A stretch of DNA of 64,000 nt from an uncultured Candidatus Rokubacteria bacterium (GCA_963771355.1 CAVYTA010000005.1:512001-576000); one strand, 5' to 3'. Shown: positions 45,450 to 55,695, counted from the stretch's first letter. Notes: generated by a model from the letters alone, not told the origin. Numbers and translations are program-made.

Positions 45450-47222
45450 GTGGAGCCGTCCCACTTTCCCCCCGCGGCGCGTGTGGCCCTCGTCGCCGCC
45501 GCGCTGGCGCTGGTCCTGCTCCTGCCCGGCCTCGGCGTCGCGCCCTTCGACGATCCCGGCGAGGGCCAGCACGCCGAGATCGCCCGCGAGGCGTGGCGGT
45601 CGGGGGACTGGCTCACGCTGCGGCTCAACGGCGTCCGGTACTTCGACAAGCCGCCGCTGCTCTATCTGCTCCAGGCGGGGGCCTTCTCGACCTGGGGTCT
45701 CTCCGAGTGGACGGCTCGACTGGCTCCGGTGACGGGCGCGGTGCTGGCCATCGCCGCCACCGCCTGGCTCGGCGCGCGCCTGCTCGGTCCCGCCGGAGGG
45801 CTGCTCGCCGGCGCCGCCCTCCTGTCCTGCCCCTTCTTCTACGCCTTCGCGCGCTACGTGCGTCCCGAGACCTTGTTCCTGGCGTGCATACAGTGGGGCT
45901 TCGCGGGGATCGCGGCGGGGGTGATCGGCGGCTCACGCGCCGGGGCCGTGCTGGGCTGCGCGGCGCTGGGGATGGCCGTGCTGGCCAAGGACCCGCTCGG
46001 ACTCGCGGGGCCGCTGGCCGCTCTCGCAGTGGCGCTCGCGCTGGCGGGACGGCTGCGCCCCGTGCGGGCGTGGCTGCCGCCGCTGGGCCTGGCGGGTTTC
46101 GTCGTCATCGGCGCCGGATGGCCCGCACTCGCCGCCTGGGCCAATCCCGGCTTTCTCTGGTACACCGTCGTGGACAATCACCTGCGCAACGCGGTGCTGG
46201 CCCGACTGTTCCCCGACGAGGACGTGCCGCTCGCGGCGGGCGAGTTCCTCGCCGTGGCCGGGATGGGCGCCTTTCCCTGGATCGTGCCCGCCGCGCTCAT
46301 GGTGTGGACGCTGGCGCGGCGCCGGGCCTGGCGCGACCCGCGCGAGATCCCATGGCTCGCGCTCGCGCTGTGGGCGGTCGGGCTCCTCGCGCTGTTCGCG
46401 GTGGTGCCGTTCCGGCTGCCGCACTACGGGCTGCCCGGGTACGGCGCATTCGCCCTGCTCGCCGCGCGCTGGTGGTATGAGCGCCGCGACGGGGCGCGGG
46501 GCGCCGCCCTGCTCCATGCCGCGCTGCTGGGGCTGGCGGCGGCGGCGTGCGCGCTCGCCGCGGCCAGTGACGGCCGCCTCTTCGGCGAGAGCGTGCTGGA
46601 CGTCTCCGATCCCACCGCGCGCAAGGCGACCACGCTCGCCTCCGAGGTGACGGCCATGGCGCTCTGGCCGGCTTTCGCGGCCCTGCTCGCGAAGGCGGCG
46701 CTGGTGCTCGGTGTGGGCGCCGCGGCGCTGGCCACGTTGGTCGGCCTGCGTCGGGCCGCCGTGCCCGCCGCCGCGGCGGCGGCCATCGTCGCCGCGACCA
46801 TGCTGGCCACATTGCCGTTGGTGGGCGAGGGCCTACGCACCCTTGCCGCCTCGCGCGCGGTGGACCGGCTCGGCGCCGAGCTGGCCGCCCGCGCGCGGCC
46901 GGCCGATCTCATCGTGCACGAGGGCCCCATCGAGGCCTCCGGCGCGCTCGAGCTCTATTCCGGGCGCCGGCCGGTGCTGCTCGACGGGACGCGCAGCGTG
47001 CTGGCCTTCGGCGCCACCTTCGCCGACGCGCGGGACACGTTCTGGTCGGCGGAGCGGTTCAAGGAGGCCTGGCTGTCGGGTCGCACGATGTACCTCGTCA
47101 CGCCGCGCGCGCCCGAGCGGAGCGTGATCGCCGGGCTGCCGCCCGACCGCGTGCGGCTCCTGCTCAGCCACAATGGCCGGCGGCTCTACGAGAGCGCCGG
47201 CGCCGCTCAGCCCTCGCGGTAG
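45450..47222 (+). CDS. ArnT-like membrane glycosyltransferase (GT-C)
   Basis: DPGEGQHAEIARE, YFDKPPL and many TM segments; start uncertain. Confidence 0.85.
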   Translation: MEPSHFPPAARVALVAAALALVLLLPGLGVAPFDDPGEGQHAEIAREAWRSGDWLTLRLNGVRYFDKPPLLYLLQAGAFSTWGLSEWTARLAPVTGAVLAIAATAWLGARLLGPAGGLLAGAALLSCPFFYAFARYVRPETLFLACIQWGFAGIAAGVIGGSRAGAVLGCAALGMAVLAKDPLGLAGPLAALAVALALAGRLRPVRAWLPPLGLAGFVVIGAGWPALAAWANPGFLWYTVVDNHLRNAVLARLFPDEDVPLAAGEFLAVAGMGAFPWIVPAALMVWTLARRRAWRDPREIPWLALALWAVGLLALFAVVPFRLPHYGLPGYGAFALLAARWWYERRDGARGAALLHAALLGLAAAACALAAASDGRLFGESVLDVSDPTARKATTLASEVTAMALWPAFAALLAKAALVLGVGAAALATLVGLRRAAVPAAAAAAIVAATMLATLPLVGEGLRTLAASRAVDRLGAELAARARPADLIVHEGPIEASGALELYSGRRPVLLDGTRSVLAFGATFADARDTFWSAERFKEAWLSGRTMYLVTPRAPERSVIAGLPPDRVRLLLSHNGRRLYESAGAAQPSR

Positions 47223-48826
47223 AGCACCAGCAGGAGGCCGATGGCGACGAGGGCCGGCGGCCAGATCCGTCCCGGGATGCGGCCCTCGCGCGCGGGCAGC
47301 CGGAGCTCGAGCCAGCGCGCCCAGCCGGCGACTACGGCGAGGGCGCCCAGCGGCAGGTGCGTGATCTCCATGAGATACGCTTCCTTCACGTGCACCAGGG
47401 GATGCGCGTGCGCGAGGAGGAGCCCGCCGCCCACGGCGACGAGCAGCGGAAACACGCGAGCCCAGGGCTCGGCGGCCAGCCGGCCCGTACGCACCAGCCA
47501 CTCGAACAATCCCAGCGCACTGGGCAGCAGCGCGAACACGCGATGCTGCAGCACCTCGGGGTCCGTGAGGCCGTCGATCAGCGTCTCGGTCTCGCTGAGC
47601 GGCCAGCTTCCGGGATCGCTGCGGAAGAGGAGGAAGACCGACAGCGGCAGGAAAGCCAGGGGCCAGTGGCGGGCCCAGCCGATGCCGGCCAGCCGGTCCA
47701 GCACGGCGAGAAGGCCCAGGCCCAGCACGAGGAGCCCGGCCACGTTGTGGTTGTACTCGGACCACGCGATGTCCGCCGTCGTGCGCGCGGCGAGCGGATC
47801 GTCGAGGTCGGAGACGGCCTCGAGCTGGGCGAGGCTGGGCGTGGTCAGGTGCGGCCAGCGCGGGGTGAAGCGAGCGAGCACCTCCGCCGGCGTGGCGCGG
47901 TCGGCCACCACGTCCACCGCGGGCGGGGCCGAGCCGAGCGAGGCGGCCACGAAGAGGAGCGTCACGCCGAGTCCCGCCTCCACCTCGACGAGGCGGCGCA
48001 GCCGCGCCGGGAGGACGGCGCGGCCGGGTGGGCGCCGGCGCACCGCGGCCCAGTTGAGCGCGCCCAGCCCGAGGAGCCCCGCGAAGAGCACGAGCTTGGT
48101 GGCGAGCATCCCGCCGTAGGACGTGCCCACCAGGGCGTCGAGCGCGCCCACATAGACCAGCGCGAGCGCGGCCCCGGTGACGGCGAGCGTGGCGACCGAG
48201 CCGAGCGCGAGCCGGGAGAAGGCGGCCAGCGCGCCCGCGGGCCAGTGCTGCGCGCCGCGCGTGACCATGAGCGCCACGAGATGGAGCAGGCCGCCCACCC
48301 ACACCGCGGTGGCCATGTGATGGAGCGCGTCGAGGCCGAGGAGGGCCGCCCGGCCGTCCAGCCTCGCGGCGGCATGACTGGTGCCCGCCGCGCTGGCGGT
48401 GAAGGCCAGCGCCGCGCCCAGCAGCGCGAGCCGGCGCCCCCGCGCGGCGGGTGCGCGGGCCACCGCCGCGACCGCGGCGAGAGTGCCCAGCCCGCAGACG
48501 AGGCGCAGCAAGCTCGCGTGGACCAGCGGGGTGGCGAGCACGGTACCCGGTGACCATCCGGGCGCGTCGGCGACCGATGCCAGAACGAGGACGAGGCTGC
48601 CGGCCTGGGCGGCCGTGGCGAGGGCGGCGCCCCAGGCGGTGAGCGCCAGCGAGCGGCGGGCGGCGCCGGCGAGCGCGGGCTCCGCGCGGAGCCAGGGGAG
48701 GAGGACGACGAGGCCGACGGCGGCGCCCCCGAGGGCCAGAGCCTGGCCGCTGAGCCCGAGCGCGCGGAGGAAGACGAAGGCCAGGGCGATCACGCGCTCC
48801 GAGTATCCCACGCGGGGGTCGGTCAC
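47207..48826 (-). CDS. CopD family copper resistance membrane protein
   Basis: SHAAAR, HHMATAVWVGG, YGGMLATK and WSEYNH motifs. Confidence 0.82.
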   Translation of the reverse strand: MTDPRVGYSERVIALAFVFLRALGLSGQALALGGAAVGLVVLLPWLRAEPALAGAARRSLALTAWGAALATAAQAGSLVLVLASVADAPGWSPGTVLATPLVHASLLRLVCGLGTLAAVAAVARAPAARGRRLALLGAALAFTASAAGTSHAAARLDGRAALLGLDALHHMATAVWVGGLLHLVALMVTRGAQHWPAGALAAFSRLALGSVATLAVTGAALALVYVGALDALVGTSYGGMLATKLVLFAGLLGLGALNWAAVRRRPPGRAVLPARLRRLVEVEAGLGVTLLFVAASLGSAPPAVDVVADRATPAEVLARFTPRWPHLTTPSLAQLEAVSDLDDPLAARTTADIAWSEYNHNVAGLLVLGLGLLAVLDRLAGIGWARHWPLAFLPLSVFLLFRSDPGSWPLSETETLIDGLTDPEVLQHRVFALLPSALGLFEWLVRTGRLAAEPWARVFPLLVAVGGGLLLAHAHPLVHVKEAYLMEITHLPLGALAVVAGWARWLELRLPAREGRIPGRIWPPALVAIGLLLVLYREG

Positions 48827-48861
48827 GCGCGCGGGCTCCGTGTATAGTACGAACTGTCCCT

Positions 48862-50307
48862 ATGGCGCCCGACTATCTCCGCACGCTGTTCCTTCATCCG
48901 CCCTCCACCGATGGTTTCGACGGCGGCGCGGGCTCGCGGTATCAGGCCCGGCGCGAGATCCGCTCCTTCTGGTATCCGACCTGGCTGGCTCAGCCCGCCG
49001 CGCTGGTGCCGGGCTCGCGGCTGGTGGACGCCCCGCCCGACGGCCTCACCCTCGACGACGTGCGGCCGCTCGCGCGGCAGTACGACCTGTGCGTGATCCA
49101 CACCAGCACGCCCTCCTTTGCCGGCGACGTGCGGGTGGCGGAGGCCCTCAAGGCGGAAAATCTCCAGCTCATGATCGGCATGGTGGGCGCCGCGGTGGCG
49201 GTGGCGCCGGAGGCCTCCCTGCGGGCGAGCGCAGCGCTCGACTTCGTGGCACGCAGCGAGTTCGACTTCACCGTGCAGGAGGTGGCGCAGGGCCGGCCCC
49301 TGGCGGGGATCGCGGGGCTCTCGTATCGCCGCGGGGACCGCATCGCGCACAACCCGGAGCGGACCATCCTCGAGGACATGGACCGCCTGCCCTTCGTGAC
49401 ACCGGTGTACCGGCGCGATCTCACCGTCGAGAACTACGCCATCGGGTACCTGCGCCACCCCTACGTCTCGCTGTACACCGGGCGCGGGTGCCGTTCGAAG
49501 TGCACGTTCTGCCTCTGGCCCCAGACGGTGGGCGGGCAGCGCTATCGCACTCGCAGCGTGGACCACGTGGCGGAGGAGATGGCGCTGGCCCAGCGGCTCT
49601 TTCCCGAGGTGAAGGAGTTCTTCTTCGACGACGACACCTTCACCGACGACCTGCCGCGCGCGGAGGCCATCGCCCGGCGGCTGGGCCCCCTCGGCATCAC
49701 CTGGTCGGTGAACGCCAAGGCCAACGTGCCCGCCGCCACGCTCGCGGTGCTGCGGGACAACGGGCTGCGGCTCCTCCTGGTGGGCTACGAGTCCGGGGAC
49801 CAGCGCATCCTCAACAACGTGAAGAAGGGGGTGCGGCTCGACGCCGCCCGCCGCTTCACCCGGGAGGCCAAGGACCTCGGCATCACCATCCACGGCACCT
49901 TCATCCTGGGCCTGCCCGGTGAGACGCGCGAGACCATCGCGGAGACCATCCGCTTCGCGCGGGAGATCAACCCGCATACCATCCAGGTGTCGCTGGCCGC
50001 GCCCTACCCGGGCACCGCGCTGTACGCGGAGGCGCAGCGCAATGGCTGGCTCGAGTCCGAGAGCCTGGTGGATGGAGACGGCGTCCAGGCGAGCGCCATC
50101 GGGTACCCGCATCTGCCGCGCACCGAGATCTTCCAGTCGGTGGACCTCTTCTACCGCCGCTTCTACTTCCGCCCGCGCAAGATGATCTCGCTGGCGGCCG
50201 AGATGGTGCGTGACCGCCAGGTCATGCGCCGCCGCCTCCGCGAGGGCCGCGATTTCCTGCGCTTCCTCCGGAAGCACCGCACCCCCCGTGTGCGGGTGAC
50301 CGCTTGA
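48862..50307 (+). CDS. hpnJ: Hopanoid biosynthesis-associated radical SAM protein
   Basis: FDGGAGSRYQARREIRSFWYPTWLAQ N-terminus; CRSKCTFC radical SAM motif. Confidence 0.9.
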   Translation: MAPDYLRTLFLHPPSTDGFDGGAGSRYQARREIRSFWYPTWLAQPAALVPGSRLVDAPPDGLTLDDVRPLARQYDLCVIHTSTPSFAGDVRVAEALKAENLQLMIGMVGAAVAVAPEASLRASAALDFVARSEFDFTVQEVAQGRPLAGIAGLSYRRGDRIAHNPERTILEDMDRLPFVTPVYRRDLTVENYAIGYLRHPYVSLYTGRGCRSKCTFCLWPQTVGGQRYRTRSVDHVAEEMALAQRLFPEVKEFFFDDDTFTDDLPRAEAIARRLGPLGITWSVNAKANVPAATLAVLRDNGLRLLLVGYESGDQRILNNVKKGVRLDAARRFTREAKDLGITIHGTFILGLPGETRETIAETIRFAREINPHTIQVSLAAPYPGTALYAEAQRNGWLESESLVDGDGVQASAIGYPHLPRTEIFQSVDLFYRRFYFRPRKMISLAAEMVRDRQVMRRRLREGRDFLRFLRKHRTPRVRVTA

Positions 50308-50320
50308 CGGAGCCGGCGGC

Positions 50321-51913
50321 GTGCATGTGCTCGTGATCGACGCCATCGCTCCGGAGGGAATCGGCTACCTGCGCGAGCGCGGCTTCACGGTGGACGAGGT
50401 CTCCAGCACGCTGCCCCGCGAGGCGCTGCTGGCGCGCCTGGGCGACTACGAGGCCATCGTCACGCGGTCGTCCACCACCGTCACGCCGGAGTTCCTCGCG
50501 CACGCGCGCCGGCTGCGCATTCTCGGCCGCGCCGGGGTCGGCGTGGACAATATCGACGTGGACGCCTGCTCGCGCCAGGGCGTGGTGGTGGTGAACGCGC
50601 CCTACGGCAACGTGGTGTCGGCGGCCGAGCACACCGTGGGCATGCTGCTGGCGCTGGTGCGCAAGATCCCCTCCGCCAACGACGCTCTCAAGCGCCTGGA
50701 CTGGGACCGCGGCATCTACGGAGCGGAGCTGTTCCGGAAGACGGCAGGGGTGATCGGCCTGGGCAAGGTGGGGTCGCGGGTGGCCGCCCGGCTCCGCGCC
50801 TTCGAGATGGAGGTGCTCGTCTACGATCCCTACATCCCGGAGAGCCGGGCCCGCGACCTCGGCGTCCGCCTCACCGACCTGCAGACCGTGCTCACCCAGT
50901 CCGACGTGGTCACCGTGCACGTGCCGCTGTCCGACGAGACCGAGAACCTCCTCGCCGCGCGCGAGCTGGCGCTGCTCAAGCCCGGCGCGCGGCTGGTGAA
51001 CTGCGCGCGCGGCGGCATCGTCAACGAGGGCGATCTCCTCGCCGCGCTGGAGTCGGGCCGGCTGGCAGGGGCGGCGGTGGACGTGTGGACGGAGGAGCCG
51101 CCCGTCTCCGATCTGGTCAAGCGCCTCATCGCCCACCCGCGCGTGGTGGTGACCCCGCATCTCGGCGCCAATACGCTGGAGGCGCAGGTCAACGTGGCGG
51201 TGGACGTGGCCCGCCAGCTCGTCGCCTTCCGCGACGGGGAGCTGGTCGAGCACGCGGTGAACATCCCGGTGGGAGACCGCGAGACGGTGGCCGAGCAGCG
51301 GCCGTTCCTCGCGCTGGCCGAGCTGCTCGGCCGCTTCTGCGTCCAGCTGGAGCGCGACAATGTCGAGCGCGTGGAGGTGGAGGTGGCGGGGCAGGTGGGT
51401 CGGCACGACCCCGAGCTCATCGCCCGCGCCGTGCTCAAAGGACTCTTCGGCGGGGTGACTGCGCAGGCGGTGAACCTGGTCAACGCCCACCTGGTGGCGC
51501 GGGAGCGCGGGGTGGCGGTGGCGGTGCGCACGGACGAGAGCGCGGGGTCCGGCTACACCAACCTCATCACCGTGACCACGCAGGCGGGGACGGGGCGCAA
51601 GATCATCGCGGGCACCGTGTTCGACGGCACTCCTCGCATCGTCCGGCTCCGGGATCTCCACATCGAGTTCATCCCCGAAGGGCACATCCTCGTGCTCTCA
51701 TACGAGGACCGGCCGGGGATGGTGGGGAAGATCGGCTCCATTCTCGGCCGCCACAACGTGAACATCGCCTCCATGCACGTGGGCCGCCGCACCCGGCGCG
51801 GGGGCGCCATCGTGGTGCTCCTCCTCGACGAGGCGGTGAGCCCCGAGGTCATGGAGGAAGTGGCGAAGGCGGTGGACGCGGATTTCACCCGCCTGATCCG
51901 GCTGGACGCATGA
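50321..51913 (+). CDS. serA: D-3-phosphoglycerate dehydrogenase
   Basis: GRAGVGVDNID, NCARGG, TPHLGA, plus ASB and ACT (DRPG) domains. Confidence 0.93.
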   Translation: MHVLVIDAIAPEGIGYLRERGFTVDEVSSTLPREALLARLGDYEAIVTRSSTTVTPEFLAHARRLRILGRAGVGVDNIDVDACSRQGVVVVNAPYGNVVSAAEHTVGMLLALVRKIPSANDALKRLDWDRGIYGAELFRKTAGVIGLGKVGSRVAARLRAFEMEVLVYDPYIPESRARDLGVRLTDLQTVLTQSDVVTVHVPLSDETENLLAARELALLKPGARLVNCARGGIVNEGDLLAALESGRLAGAAVDVWTEEPPVSDLVKRLIAHPRVVVTPHLGANTLEAQVNVAVDVARQLVAFRDGELVEHAVNIPVGDRETVAEQRPFLALAELLGRFCVQLERDNVERVEVEVAGQVGRHDPELIARAVLKGLFGGVTAQAVNLVNAHLVARERGVAVAVRTDESAGSGYTNLITVTTQAGTGRKIIAGTVFDGTPRIVRLRDLHIEFIPEGHILVLSYEDRPGMVGKIGSILGRHNVNIASMHVGRRTRRGGAIVVLLLDEAVSPEVMEEVAKAVDADFTRLIRLDA

Positions 51914-52302
51914 GCCGGCGGCGCGCGACGGGCGCCTTGCCGCGGGGCGCGGCGCCGTTCGAGGCGCGGCCCTGGGGCGGCTACCAGACGCTCGAGGAGG
52001 GCCCGGGCTACAAGGTGAAGCGGCTCGTGGTGGAGCCCGGCCATCGCTTCAGCCTCCAGCGGCATCGCCGCCGCGCCGAGCACTGGGTGATCGTGGCGGG
52101 CTCGCCCAAGGTCACCGTCGGCGGCCGCAGCCGCCGGCTCCGCCCGCGCGAAGCGGTGACGGTGCCGCGCGGCGCCTGGCACCGCGTCGAGAACGTGGGG
52201 CGCGTGCCCGTCGTCATCGTCGAGGTCCAGTACGGCGCCTATCTCGGCGAGGACGACATCGTGCGCAAGCAGGACGACTACGGGCGAATCGGCCGGCGAT
52301 AA
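51910..52302 (+). CDS. Mannose-6-phosphate isomerase type II C-terminal cupin
   Basis: RPWG, SLQRH..RAEHW and EVQ.G.YLGEDDIVR..DDYGR motifs. Confidence 0.9.
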   Translation: MSRRRATGALPRGAAPFEARPWGGYQTLEEGPGYKVKRLVVEPGHRFSLQRHRRRAEHWVIVAGSPKVTVGGRSRRLRPREAVTVPRGAWHRVENVGRVPVVIVEVQYGAYLGEDDIVRKQDDYGRIGRR

Positions 52303-52309
52303 CCGCCCG

Positions 52310-53494
52310 CTACTGCCCGCCGCCTCCGTAGTAGAAGTGAGCGCCGATGCCGAAGTAGTCGATCTCCTTCCGGAGGAACTGCCCGTCGGGCGAGTTCCCG
52401 TGGAAATACTCCAGCATCACGAGGAGCCGCCGGCCCAGGATCTGCGCTCGGTCGAACTGGACGCCCGCGCGCACGGAGATCTCGGGGTTCCAGCGATTCT
52501 CCTCGCGCGCCTGCACGTTCACCGCCGCCACCGGCGTGACCCCGGGGAGGAAGAACAGCCGCTTTCGCACCTCCACGCCGCCCCCCACGATCCAGGGCTC
52601 GAGGCTGGAGGGATCCCGGTTGAAGAGATAGCCGCCGCCCGCGTAGACGCGAAGGACGCGCTCGAGGAAGTGGTAGGAGAGCTTGAGGTCCACCGCCTCG
52701 TAGGCCAGGTTCACGCGGTCGGGGCGGCTGCGGAGCAGGAACTCGTCTCCCAGATGGGAGCTCTGGTGGAAGACGCGGGCCAGGGCCTGAAACGGACCGA
52801 CGGCGTAGGCGCCGGCGGCGCCCACGAAGTAGTCGGCGTTGACCAGGTCGTGAGAGTCCGAGTTCATGTCGAAGATGGCGAACACGCCTGCCTGGAGGCC
52901 GACCTCCCAGTGCCCGCCGAAGGGGGCTGCATCGCGATAGATCGGGATGGTCTCGCCGAAGTTGACCGAGGCGATGTCGGTGAACTGGTCGTCGCCGAGA
53001 TAGCGCTGATAGGCCGCGGAGAAGTGGGGCCAGCGCGGGTCGGCCAGGAGCGCGTCGAAGAGATAGCCGCGGGGCAGGAAGCCGAGGTCCATCTTCTCGG
53101 CGTCCTTGTCGGGAGTAAGAGCCGGCGATGGGTCTGCGGCACTAACCGCGGCTGGGGCGGCGGCCGCCGCCCCGACGGAGCGTGGCGGCGGCGTGTCCAC
53201 GATCTCGACGCCGGTCACGCCGGGAATGCGCTGCAGCGCAGTGAGGACGCGTCCCCGATCCGTTGCACCGATCGCGCTCGCGGATAGGCGGACGACGCCA
53301 CCGTCCACGCTGATGGCGGGCGCCCGGAGCCCGAGCGTCTGCTCGAGCAGCGCGGTGGCATAGCCGCGAAGATAGGCATCGTCGGCCGGCGCGGCGACGG
53401 CGGCGGCCGCCCCCAGGACGGTCAGCACGGATGCGAGGGCGATGGCGCGAACGAGACGGGGCAACCCCGATGAGCGGGCGAGCGCATTGGTCAT
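52310..53494 (-). CDS. Exported DUF1207-like protein (probable outer-membrane beta-barrel)
   Basis: Signal peptide; ADPRWP, DLVNADY, HQSSHLGDE and G.SPDGQF motifs. Confidence 0.7.
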   Translation of the reverse strand: MTNALARSSGLPRLVRAIALASVLTVLGAAAAVAAPADDAYLRGYATALLEQTLGLRAPAISVDGGVVRLSASAIGATDRGRVLTALQRIPGVTGVEIVDTPPPRSVGAAAAAPAAVSAADPSPALTPDKDAEKMDLGFLPRGYLFDALLADPRWPHFSAAYQRYLGDDQFTDIASVNFGETIPIYRDAAPFGGHWEVGLQAGVFAIFDMNSDSHDLVNADYFVGAAGAYAVGPFQALARVFHQSSHLGDEFLLRSRPDRVNLAYEAVDLKLSYHFLERVLRVYAGGGYLFNRDPSSLEPWIVGGGVEVRKRLFFLPGVTPVAAVNVQAREENRWNPEISVRAGVQFDRAQILGRRLLVMLEYFHGNSPDGQFLRKEIDYFGIGAHFYYGGGGQ

Positions 53495-53561
53495 GGGCGT
53501 CCTCCTCCGGCTACTCTCTCACGGAGGCGAGCGGCGCGCTGCGCCCTACGCCCCGGAATTG

Positions 53562-54107
53562 CTAGCGAACTGGTGGCGGGGGTGGCGGAGGCGGCGGGGG
53601 TGGAGGTGGCGGCGGGGGTGGGGCAACGCCTCGAGCCGGATACGCCGTGACGGGCGCCCGCTGGCCGGGGATCTGATTGCCCTTGGCGTACATGCACTGC
53701 TGGTACGCGGCGTCGTAGCGCCCCTGGACGGTGGCGGCGGAGTAGGCCCCGGCATTGGCGCCCACCGCGGTGCCTCCGAGCAGGCCGCCGCCCGCGCCGA
53801 TGGCGGCGCCCGCCCCCGGATTGCCCGCAGCGGCGCCGATGGCGGCGCCCAGTCCCGCCCCGATCACGGTGCCGATCACCGCCCCGGCGGCGGTACTCTG
53901 GTGTGCCGACGTCGCCGCGTCGCCGCTCTGCTGCTGCGCCCACTGCCGGCAGGCGGCGTCATCAGACTGGAACTGCTCGAACGTCTTCCCCGACCCCGGC
54001 ATGACCGCGACGCTTGGACCTGGCGGCACGGTGACACAGCCGGAGGCGAGCAGGACCACCAGCGCGCCCGCGATCCACCTGGTCGGCTTCAGGCGGGTCG
54101 GCTTCAT
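53562..54107 (-). CDS. Glycine-zipper lipoprotein with poly-Pro tail
   Basis: Lipobox ASGC, GAxxGA zipper, YQQCMYAKG. Confidence 0.85.
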   Translation of the reverse strand: MKPTRLKPTRWIAGALVVLLASGCVTVPPGPSVAVMPGSGKTFEQFQSDDAACRQWAQQQSGDAATSAHQSTAAGAVIGTVIGAGLGAAIGAAAGNPGAGAAIGAGGGLLGGTAVGANAGAYSAATVQGRYDAAYQQCMYAKGNQIPGQRAPVTAYPARGVAPPPPPPPPPPPPPPPPPVR

Positions 54108-54637
54108 GGCCGCCTCCCGCCGGAGCGCTCGAAGAGGTGATGCATCTCGCTCTGGAGCTGCTTCATCCGGGCCTTGACCTGGCCTGCCTTGGCGAGCTGC
54201 TCGGGCGTGAGGATGGCGCGCACCTCCAGGGCGATCTGGGCGCTGTCCTGCAGGAGCTGCTCGCGCAGCTGACCGATCTGCTGCAGCTGAGGCTGGAGGT
54301 CGGCGGTCTGGACAGGGCCGGCGGCGAGCAGCTTGTCGGCCAGCTCGTCCTGGGAGCGGCGGAGCTGCTCGAGCAGGTTGCGCGTCGCCGTCCGATGCGC
54401 GGACAGGATGCCGTGCACCTTGGTCTCCTGCTCCGGCGTGAGGTTCGCGGACCGGATCAGGAACGGCAGCACCATGCCGCCCTCGCGGCCCCACGGCCCT
54501 CCCCGTCTCCCCTCCGTCTCCATGCCCTGGCCGGCGGCGGGCCGTGTCACTCCGGCCGCATCGATCAGCATCCCCAGCATCACGATCCCCAGCATCACCA
54601 TCCTCAGCATTCCCACCGGGTTCCGCGCTCGAATCAT
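54104..54637 (-). CDS. Spy/CpxP family periplasmic protein
   Basis: Two LTPEQ motifs; signal peptide. Confidence 0.85.
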   Translation of the reverse strand: MIRARNPVGMLRMVMLGIVMLGMLIDAAGVTRPAAGQGMETEGRRGGPWGREGGMVLPFLIRSANLTPEQETKVHGILSAHRTATRNLLEQLRRSQDELADKLLAAGPVQTADLQPQLQQIGQLREQLLQDSAQIALEVRAILTPEQLAKAGQVKARMKQLQSEMHHLFERSGGRRP

Positions 54638-55149
54638 GGAGACTCCTCGCCCGCCTGACGCACGGGCTCCGCATGGGCCAGCAGGGCCGGCGTGCAGCCG
54701 GCGGTGACGAGCCAGTCGGCTCCGTCGCATACGCTCGTGTCCTCGTCGGCCTGATCCTCCGGGGCGTCCACCGGCGCCGGTGCATAGCCGCGCAGGGAGA
54801 AGAGCGCCAGGGAGACCTCGGTGAGCATGGCGCTGGCTTCCTCCGGGCGCATCGCGGGCGGGACATCGGTGATCGCGCGCCACACCGCCACCTCCACCCA
54901 GAGCAGCGCGGCGAGGGCGAGGGCGCCGGCGCCCACCGCGGCGGGAAGCCAGCGTCGCAAGCTCGGCACTGGGCGGGTGTGGGGGATGGGCCCGTGCGCC
55001 AGCACCGCGGTCACCACGTCGAGATCGCGGGTGAGCGCGTCGAGTCGTGCCGCGCAGGCGGGACAAGCCTCCACATGGGCCTGCTCGCGCGGGTCACCGA
55101 GGCCCGCCTGCAGATGGACCAGACGCCGCTCGGGCAGGCATCGGCTCAT
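54634..55149 (-). CDS. Zinc-binding anti-sigma factor
   Basis: HxxxCxxC (HVEACPAC) plus a TM helix, directly downstream of the ECF sigma. Confidence 0.8.
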   Translation of the reverse strand: MSRCLPERRLVHLQAGLGDPREQAHVEACPACAARLDALTRDLDVVTAVLAHGPIPHTRPVPSLRRWLPAAVGAGALALAALLWVEVAVWRAITDVPPAMRPEEASAMLTEVSLALFSLRGYAPAPVDAPEDQADEDTSVCDGADWLVTAGCTPALLAHAEPVRQAGEESP

Positions 55150-55658
55150 CGCGTGTCCGCCAGCTCAACCCGCAGGCGATGCACGGCGCGGAAGAGGTGG
55201 CGCTTCACGGTGCCCGGGCTCAGGCCGAGCGCGGCGGCGATTTCGGGGCCCGACCAGGCCTCGACATGTCGGAGCACGAACACCTCCCGCTGCCGATCCG
55301 GAAGCGACCGGAAGGCCAGCCAGATCCGGCGGCGCGTCTCGCTGCTGATCGCGGTGTCCTCCGGGGTCAGCCCCCGATCGACGATGGGTACCTGCTCGAT
55401 CGGGTCACTCCAGCGCCGGAAACGCTGCCACCAGCCTGCCCGCCGGCGGTCGCGGCAGGTATTCACCGCGATGCGGGTGAGCCAGGCGCCCCAGTCTCCG
55501 GGCGGACCCTGGCGACGCTCGGATTCGAGTGCCTTGACGAACACTTCCTGTACAACCTCCTCCGCTTCCTGGCTGTCGCCGAGAAGTAGCTGGCAGAGAC
55601 GCCGCAAGCGACCGGCGTGGCAACTGACAGCGTCCTCGTACCCTTGAGCCAGGCCCAC
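55146..55658 (-). CDS. ECF RNA polymerase sigma factor
   Basis: AEEVVQEVF, WLTRIAVN, LPDRQREVF and GTVKRHLFRA motifs; start uncertain. Confidence 0.87.
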   Translation of the reverse strand: MGLAQGYEDAVSCHAGRLRRLCQLLLGDSQEAEEVVQEVFVKALESERRQGPPGDWGAWLTRIAVNTCRDRRRAGWWQRFRRWSDPIEQVPIVDRGLTPEDTAISSETRRRIWLAFRSLPDRQREVFVLRHVEAWSGPEIAAALGLSPGTVKRHLFRAVHRLRVELADTR

Positions 55659-55695
55659 GGTCAGTGGGACGAGCCGTCGGGCCGTCTTGCTTACA

